64,000 nt of DNA from an uncultured Alphaproteobacteria bacterium (lineage in GTDB: Bacteria > Pseudomonadota > Alphaproteobacteria > Rhodobacterales > Rhodobacteraceae), in the NCBI GenBank assembly GCA_902596985.1, contig CACJWR010000004.1, positions 2,492 through 66,491 on the forward strand, read 5' to 3'. The translations under genes were made by a program, and so were the position numbers. The notes beneath the pieces were generated by a model. It saw only the letters and a program-made list of their open reading frames with translations. It was not told where the DNA came from and made no database searches. Shown here in pieces: positions 59,108 to 64,000 of this stretch; within the stretch, counting starts at the first letter, position 1, and each line of letters begins with the position of its first letter.

Positions 59108-59623
59108 ATGAAAAGCAGTCATAATAATCTAAGATTATTACTAGAGGCCAAGAGTGACCATATTGAGGTTGAAAGATTATTGGATCTAGTATTTACGCCT
59201 AGAAGAAGACTACTTAGCTCATATCAGCTGAGGAATTCAGCTAACAAAGTTAACAATCTTTCCTATGTGATAAAAGATTATTCGAAGAAAGTTGTTGGGT
59301 CCATCAGGTTTTGGAATATACAGGTAGATAGTCATAGTAGCAGAGGTCTTCTTCTGGGCCCTCTTGCAGTCCATCCAATATACCAAGGTGAAGGTTTAGG
59401 CGAAAAATTAGTTTCAAACAGCATCGAAAAAGCATATTCCGAAAACTGGAATTGGATTGTCTTAGTTGGAGATTTAAGCTACTACTCAAAATTCGGGTTC
59501 AATAAATACCCAACTCGTGGAATATCCATTGGTAGTGGCTTTGATAATTCAAGGCTATTAGGCCTAGATATAAACGGTGAGTTTCTTAAAGCAGCTGTCG
59601 GTAGTTTGATTAAAGCAAACTAG
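59108..59623 (+). CDS. GNAT family N-acetyltransferase (YhbS-like)
   Basis: SSYQLR, LLLGPLAVHP.YQGEGLG and LVGD..YYSKFGF motifs. Confidence 0.87.
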   Translation: MKSSHNNLRLLLEAKSDHIEVERLLDLVFTPRRRLLSSYQLRNSANKVNNLSYVIKDYSKKVVGSIRFWNIQVDSHSSRGLLLGPLAVHPIYQGEGLGEKLVSNSIEKAYSENWNWIVLVGDLSYYSKFGFNKYPTRGISIGSGFDNSRLLGLDINGEFLKAAVGSLIKAN

Positions 59624-59640
59624 GTTTTCAGAATATCAAA

Positions 59641-60870
59641 CTAGAGATTTTGTAATCCGAACGCGTCATGAAGACTCCTTACAGCTAGTTCCAGATACTT
59701 TCTTTCAATTAAAACTGACAGCTTTATTTCTGACGTTGAAATAACATTGATATTGATGTTTTCTTGCGACAGCGTTTCAAACATTTTCTGGGCTACACCT
59801 GCATGTGTTTTCATTCCTATTCCAATAATAGAAACCTTAGCTAAATTCTTGTTTTCTATTAAGCGTTCATAAGAGACAACATTTTTTTCTTTCGCTTTGG
59901 ATATAGCTTTTTTTGCAATATCTAACTCATCTTCAGGACAAGAAAAAGTTATGTTCGTTAATCCTGTTTCAGTATTGCTCTGAACTATCATGTCAATATT
60001 TACACCGGAGCTTGCTAACGGACCAAAAATCTTTGCTGCTACTCCGGGTTTGTCTTCTATGTTTGTTAGCGTTAATTGGGACTCATTTTTTTGGAAAGCT
60101 ATTCCAGATACGATATTTTTCTCCATAATTTCCTCTTCATCACAGACGAGTGTTCCCTCTTCTTTTAAAAAACTATTTAGCACTCTTATAGGTACTTTGT
60201 GGCGCATTGCAAGTTCCACTGCCCGTGTCTGCAGTACATTGGCTCCGAGCGAAGCCATTTCTAACATTTCTTCAAATGAAATTTTTTTTAGTTTCGACGC
60301 ATTTTTTTTTATTCTTGGGTCTGTAGTATAAATACCTGATACGTCCGTATATATATCGCATCTTTCCGCATCTATTGCGGCAGCAATTGCCACAGCTGAT
60401 GTATCAGAGCCACCTCGCCCTAGTGTCGTTATTCTTCCTGCTTGCTCTATCCCCTGAAACCCAGAAACTACTGCAACTTTGACCCCTTCCTTAAAACTAC
60501 TTATAATTTGGTCCGTCGTGATTTCTTCAATCTTTGCATTCGAATGAAAGCTGTCTGTTCTAATCGGGAGCTGCCACCCACGCCAGCTTCTAGAAGAAAT
60601 CTTTATACTATTTAAGGCAATAGCCAATAGAGATGAGGATACATCCTCACCGGTAGATATTAAAGAGTCATACTCAGGATCAACCAAGTTTTCAACTCCA
60701 ACCTGTTTTGCCAGATCAATTAGTTTATTAGTCTCTTTTGACATTGCAGATACGACAGCAACTACATTCCATCCACCTCTTATTTCATCGGAAATAATAT
60801 CTCTTACAGCCTTTATTCTATCTATGTCCGCGACGGAAGTTCCGCCAAATTTCATGGTTAAAATTTTCAT
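59641..60870 (-). CDS. lysC: Aspartate kinase
   Basis: KFGGTSV, VVSAM, GFQG, TLGRGGSDTSA and DVSGIYTTDPR motifs, plus two ACT domains. Confidence 0.95.
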   Translation of the reverse strand: MKILTMKFGGTSVADIDRIKAVRDIISDEIRGGWNVVAVVSAMSKETNKLIDLAKQVGVENLVDPEYDSLISTGEDVSSSLLAIALNSIKISSRSWRGWQLPIRTDSFHSNAKIEEITTDQIISSFKEGVKVAVVSGFQGIEQAGRITTLGRGGSDTSAVAIAAAIDAERCDIYTDVSGIYTTDPRIKKNASKLKKISFEEMLEMASLGANVLQTRAVELAMRHKVPIRVLNSFLKEEGTLVCDEEEIMEKNIVSGIAFQKNESQLTLTNIEDKPGVAAKIFGPLASSGVNIDMIVQSNTETGLTNITFSCPEDELDIAKKAISKAKEKNVVSYERLIENKNLAKVSIIGIGMKTHAGVAQKMFETLSQENININVISTSEIKLSVLIERKYLELAVRSLHDAFGLQNL

Positions 60871-60878
60871 TATATATT

Positions 60879-61298
60879 TTAATTTACTTTGTCATCACTC
60901 CAAGGCAACGGAATGAAAGGAATGCCTTCATCTGCTAGATCTTTAGCTTCGTCCATAGTGGTCTTTCCAATTATTGGTTTTTCTTCTTTCTCTCCATAGT
61001 GCATGGCCCTTGCTTCTTTGGGAAAATTTTCTCCCACATCTATGGCAGTTGTCTTTATCTTTTTTTTCAACGCTCTAATTTCTTTCTCAAGAGCGCTCTG
61101 CGCGGAAATTAATGTCTTGTTCTTTCGTTCACTATCGGAAGTTATTCTCGGCGCCATTAAAGACTTATCAACTTCTTTTGAAGAGCATATAGCACACTCA
61201 AGGTGCCCTTTTTTTTTTAGTTTTTCAAATGATTCAGAGTCCGAAAACCAGCTATCAAACTGATGACCATTTTTACAATTAAGAGTGTATTTAATCAT
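60879..61298 (-). CDS. DUF1178 family protein
   Basis: MIKYTLNC..GH.FDSWF, CAIC, KSLMAP and VGENF..EARAMHYG motifs. Confidence 0.88.
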   Translation of the reverse strand: MIKYTLNCKNGHQFDSWFSDSESFEKLKKKGHLECAICSSKEVDKSLMAPRITSDSERKNKTLISAQSALEKEIRALKKKIKTTAIDVGENFPKEARAMHYGEKEEKPIIGKTTMDEAKDLADEGIPFIPLPWSDDKVN

Positions 61299-61334
61299 AA
61301 ATCATTCTATTTTTTTGAAACACTAAGATGCCAA

Positions 61335-61934
61335 CTATTGACTTTCTTTTCTGCTTCTCCTCTGGGTTATTGGTTGAAAAGCAATAGAAATATGAGTTTT
61401 ACAATATGGTTTGCCTGGCTCAGATTCATGCCCGCAAAACCAAAAGGTGTCTGTTGCTGGATCTCCGATTGGCCACTTGCAAGTTCTTTCAGTCAATTCC
61501 ATAAGCGAAATTTTTTTTGATTTCATTTCCACTTTAAGTAGGTTTTTTATGGTTTCTTCGCTTAAATCCGAAACAACCTCGGGAGCGTTTTCACGAGAAA
61601 GCTTTGAGTTAGCTGATGGGCTAATAGATTGATCATCGTCATTAATTTTCTCGCGGATATCCGTGGGTCCCTTAGGTTTCTGCGGTCTCCCTCTTTTTTT
61701 TGGTTCTTGACTTACTTTTGGTGGGCGGCCCCTTTTTACATTTTTAATTGCTTTAGTTGGGTTAGCTCCACGTTTTGATGTGCTCGTGTCTCTATTTGAT
61801 AACCCCAACCTATGTACTTTTCCGATCACCGCATTTCTTGTAATGTTGCCCAGCTCTTTGGCTATTTCGCTTGCGCTGTTTCCTTCAAGCCACATTTTTT
61901 TTAATATAGCTACACGTTCGTCATCCCAGGCCAT
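61335..61934 (-). CDS. gcrA: GcrA cell-cycle regulator
   Basis: WDDERVAILKKMWLEG.SASEIA...TRNAVIGKVHRLGL N-terminal domain and LMELTERTCKWPIGDP..FWFCG..PYC..H C-terminal domain. Confidence 0.95.
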   Translation of the reverse strand: MAWDDERVAILKKMWLEGNSASEIAKELGNITRNAVIGKVHRLGLSNRDTSTSKRGANPTKAIKNVKRGRPPKVSQEPKKRGRPQKPKGPTDIREKINDDDQSISPSANSKLSRENAPEVVSDLSEETIKNLLKVEMKSKKISLMELTERTCKWPIGDPATDTFWFCGHESEPGKPYCKTHISIAFQPITQRRSRKESQ

Positions 61935-62024
61935 CATTAGCTCCAAAAATTATGGTGTAAAAAATCACAAAAAAAACGTATACAATGGTTTCATGAATAA
62001 ATAAAGGATTAGTTAGAATTAATT

Positions 62025-62822
62025 ATGAGACTTAAACCGGAAAAAATTTCCCGTTTTTCAAATTTTTTGGGCTTATTAACACTTATAGCGAGAGAACAGC
62101 GACGGTTCACTTCTATTTGGACCCAAACACTTTTAGCGCCTATCGTAACGAGTGCACTTTTTATATTAGTCTTCTCTTTTGTTTTCTCAGATAGAAATGG
62201 AGGATCATTATCTAATAGCAATTATAGTTTGTTTCTTGCACCCGGTATTCTAATGATGGTTACCATTCAAAATTCTTTTGCTAATACCTCTACCTCTATA
62301 CTAGTTTCCAAAGTTAACGGGAACATTGTTGACACTCTAATGCCGTCGTTGTCTTCTTTTGAGCTGTCACTAGGTTTCATGATAGGTGGAGTCCTTAGAG
62401 GGCTATTCGTAGCAACAGGCGTTTTGGTTGTAATATTCCCATTTTTGAGTCTTTTTCCAGTTAATTTGGTCACACTATATTTTTACATAATGATGGGAAG
62501 CGTTACATTCTCACTAATGGGTATCCTAGTTGGAGTTTTTTGCAAGAAGTTTGACCAAATGAGTGCAGTTAATAATTTTTTTATTGCCCCGCTATCGTTT
62601 CTTTCAGGGACATTCTATTCCGTGAGTAATCTTCCGGGGCCATTCGACGTAATTTCCCTCTTTAACCCTGTCTTTTGGCTAATGGATGGAGTAAGATTTG
62701 GAGCACTTGGTGAAGCAGAATCAAATATTTTCTTAGGGTGTCTTGGAATTATGTCTGTTAACTTAATATTATTTTTAACTGTCTGGAAATGGTTTTCTGT
62801 CGGATATTTTTTAAAGGATTAA
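62025..62822 (+). CDS. ABC-2 type transporter permease
   Basis: QTLLAP, FLAPGILMM..QNSFAN, FLSGTFYS and NPVFWLMDG motifs; divergent from gcrA. Confidence 0.88.
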   Translation: MRLKPEKISRFSNFLGLLTLIAREQRRFTSIWTQTLLAPIVTSALFILVFSFVFSDRNGGSLSNSNYSLFLAPGILMMVTIQNSFANTSTSILVSKVNGNIVDTLMPSLSSFELSLGFMIGGVLRGLFVATGVLVVIFPFLSLFPVNLVTLYFYIMMGSVTFSLMGILVGVFCKKFDQMSAVNNFFIAPLSFLSGTFYSVSNLPGPFDVISLFNPVFWLMDGVRFGALGEAESNIFLGCLGIMSVNLILFLTVWKWFSVGYFLKD

Positions 62823-62857
62823 CGTCGATTGAGCATGAAATCTAAAAAGAGAAATTT

Positions 62858-64000
62858 ATGACTAAAATACCAAATCGATCCTCGGAGACATCATTGATGA
62901 GTACCTACAGCCGATCTGATTTGGCATTTGTTAGAGGAGAAGGCGTATGGCTTTTTGATGAAAAAGGCAAAATGTTTTTAGATCTAGCTTCTGGAATAGC
63001 AGTAAATTCGTTAGGCCACAGCCATCCTAAGCTACTAAAAGTACTAGCCGATCAAGGATCAAAACTCTGGCACACTTCAAATTTATATACAGTGCCAAAT
63101 CAAGAGGACTTGGCAAGAGTACTTACCAAGAACACTTTTGCAGAAAAAGTTTTTTTTACAAACTCGGGAGCAGAAAGCGTTGAGTGTGCTATTAAGATTG
63201 CCAGGCGGTTTTTTTTTGCAAAGGGCCAATCAAATAGAAATAGAATAATATCTTTTGCAGGATCTTTCCACGGAAGGACCACGGGTACAATATCAGCCGC
63301 CGGCAGCAGAAAGTTATTGGAAGGGTTTGGCCCAAGGTTGCCTGGTTTTGACTTGATCAAAAGATTTTCTCTTGAAAGTGTTGAAAAAAAAATATCGAAA
63401 AGAACCTGTGCAATTCTTGTTGAGCCAATACTCGGGGAGGGAGGAATTGTAACTCTTTCCTGTGCTTTTTTAAAAGGACTTAAAGACCTTTGTGCAAAAT
63501 ATAACCTACTGCTCATTTTTGATGAGGTTCAGTCCGGTATTGGCAGATCTGGTCATTTCTTAGCCCATGAAAGCTGTGAGGTAACTCCTGATATTGTGGC
63601 CCTTGCAAAAGGCCTGGGAAACGGCTTTCCCATAGGTGCTTGTTTAGCAACTAAAACAGTTGCAGATTGTATGGTGCCTGGAACTCATGGCTCAACATAC
63701 GGGGGTAATCCGTTAGGTTGTGCTATTGCGTTAGAGACAATTAAACATATTTTAAAACCACGCTTTCTATCTGAAATTCGTAAAAAAGGTGATTTCTTTA
63801 TGGAAAAATTAAATAGTTTAATGGAAATTTTTCCTGATCAAATTTTAGAAGTGAGGGGAAGGGGGTTAATGTTGGGTTTAAAGTGTGGGAATAAAAACGT
63901 TAAGCTTATCGATATGTGTAGGCAAGAAGAGTTGTTACTAGTTCCAGGAGCATCTAATACTTTAAGAATATTACCACCTTTAACCATCACGTTTAAAGAA
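62858..64000 (+). CDS. argD: Acetylornithine aminotransferase (3' end outside the window)
   Basis: TYSRSDLAFVRGEG, GIAVNSLGH, NSGAES, FHGRT, DEVQSGIGR, LAKGLG and HGSTYGGNP motifs; no stop before the window end. Confidence 0.93.
   Translation, partial: MTKIPNRSSETSLMSTYSRSDLAFVRGEGVWLFDEKGKMFLDLASGIAVNSLGHSHPKLLKVLADQGSKLWHTSNLYTVPNQEDLARVLTKNTFAEKVFFTNSGAESVECAIKIARRFFFAKGQSNRNRIISFAGSFHGRTTGTISAAGSRKLLEGFGPRLPGFDLIKRFSLESVEKKISKRTCAILVEPILGEGGIVTLSCAFLKGLKDLCAKYNLLLIFDEVQSGIGRSGHFLAHESCEVTPDIVALAKGLGNGFPIGACLATKTVADCMVPGTHGSTYGGNPLGCAIALETIKHILKPRFLSEIRKKGDFFMEKLNSLMEIFPDQILEVRGRGLMLGLKCGNKNVKLIDMCRQEELLLVPGASNTLRILPPLTITFKE

Noticed and set aside
1..64000. CRISPR arrays, tRNA/rRNA genes, transposases, prophage or defence systems
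   Set aside because: None was seen. Recognisable housekeeping CDSs tile the window and no intergenic gap exceeds about 250 bp.

Overview
This is a 64 kb, gene-dense and AT-rich stretch (about 35% GC by eye) of an alphaproteobacterial chromosome. Its gene content and order resemble Rhodobacteraceae/Roseobacter core genome, probably from a streamlined marine lineage. About 67 CDSs tile the window almost end to end: late cobalamin genes (cobQ, cobC, cbiB, cobT), selO, gcdH, uvrC-pgsA-moaDE, ubiA, rsmE-gshA, pyrB-pyrC'-plsY, an RND pump, sua5, rpsU, trcR, clpS, the ffh-rpsP-rimM-trmD-rplS-rpmE-mipZ cluster, trhO-zapE, topA-rnr, the aa3 oxidase cluster with thrC, lysC, gcrA and a truncated argD. 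I found no tRNA, rRNA, CRISPR array, transposase or prophage, and no clearly new multi-gene system. The best leads are: (1) a full-length family-4 uracil-DNA glycosylase homolog that has lost its catalytic residues; (2) three conserved genes (rnr, rimM, an FAD oxidoreductase) that can only be full length if they start at ATT, CTG or ATA; (3) two AT-hook-like KRGRP motifs in the GcrA linker; (4) a cytochrome c oxidase subunit IV gene missed by the ORF track; (5) no intrinsic terminators at any convergent junction. All annotations rest on motif recognition by eye; no searches were run.
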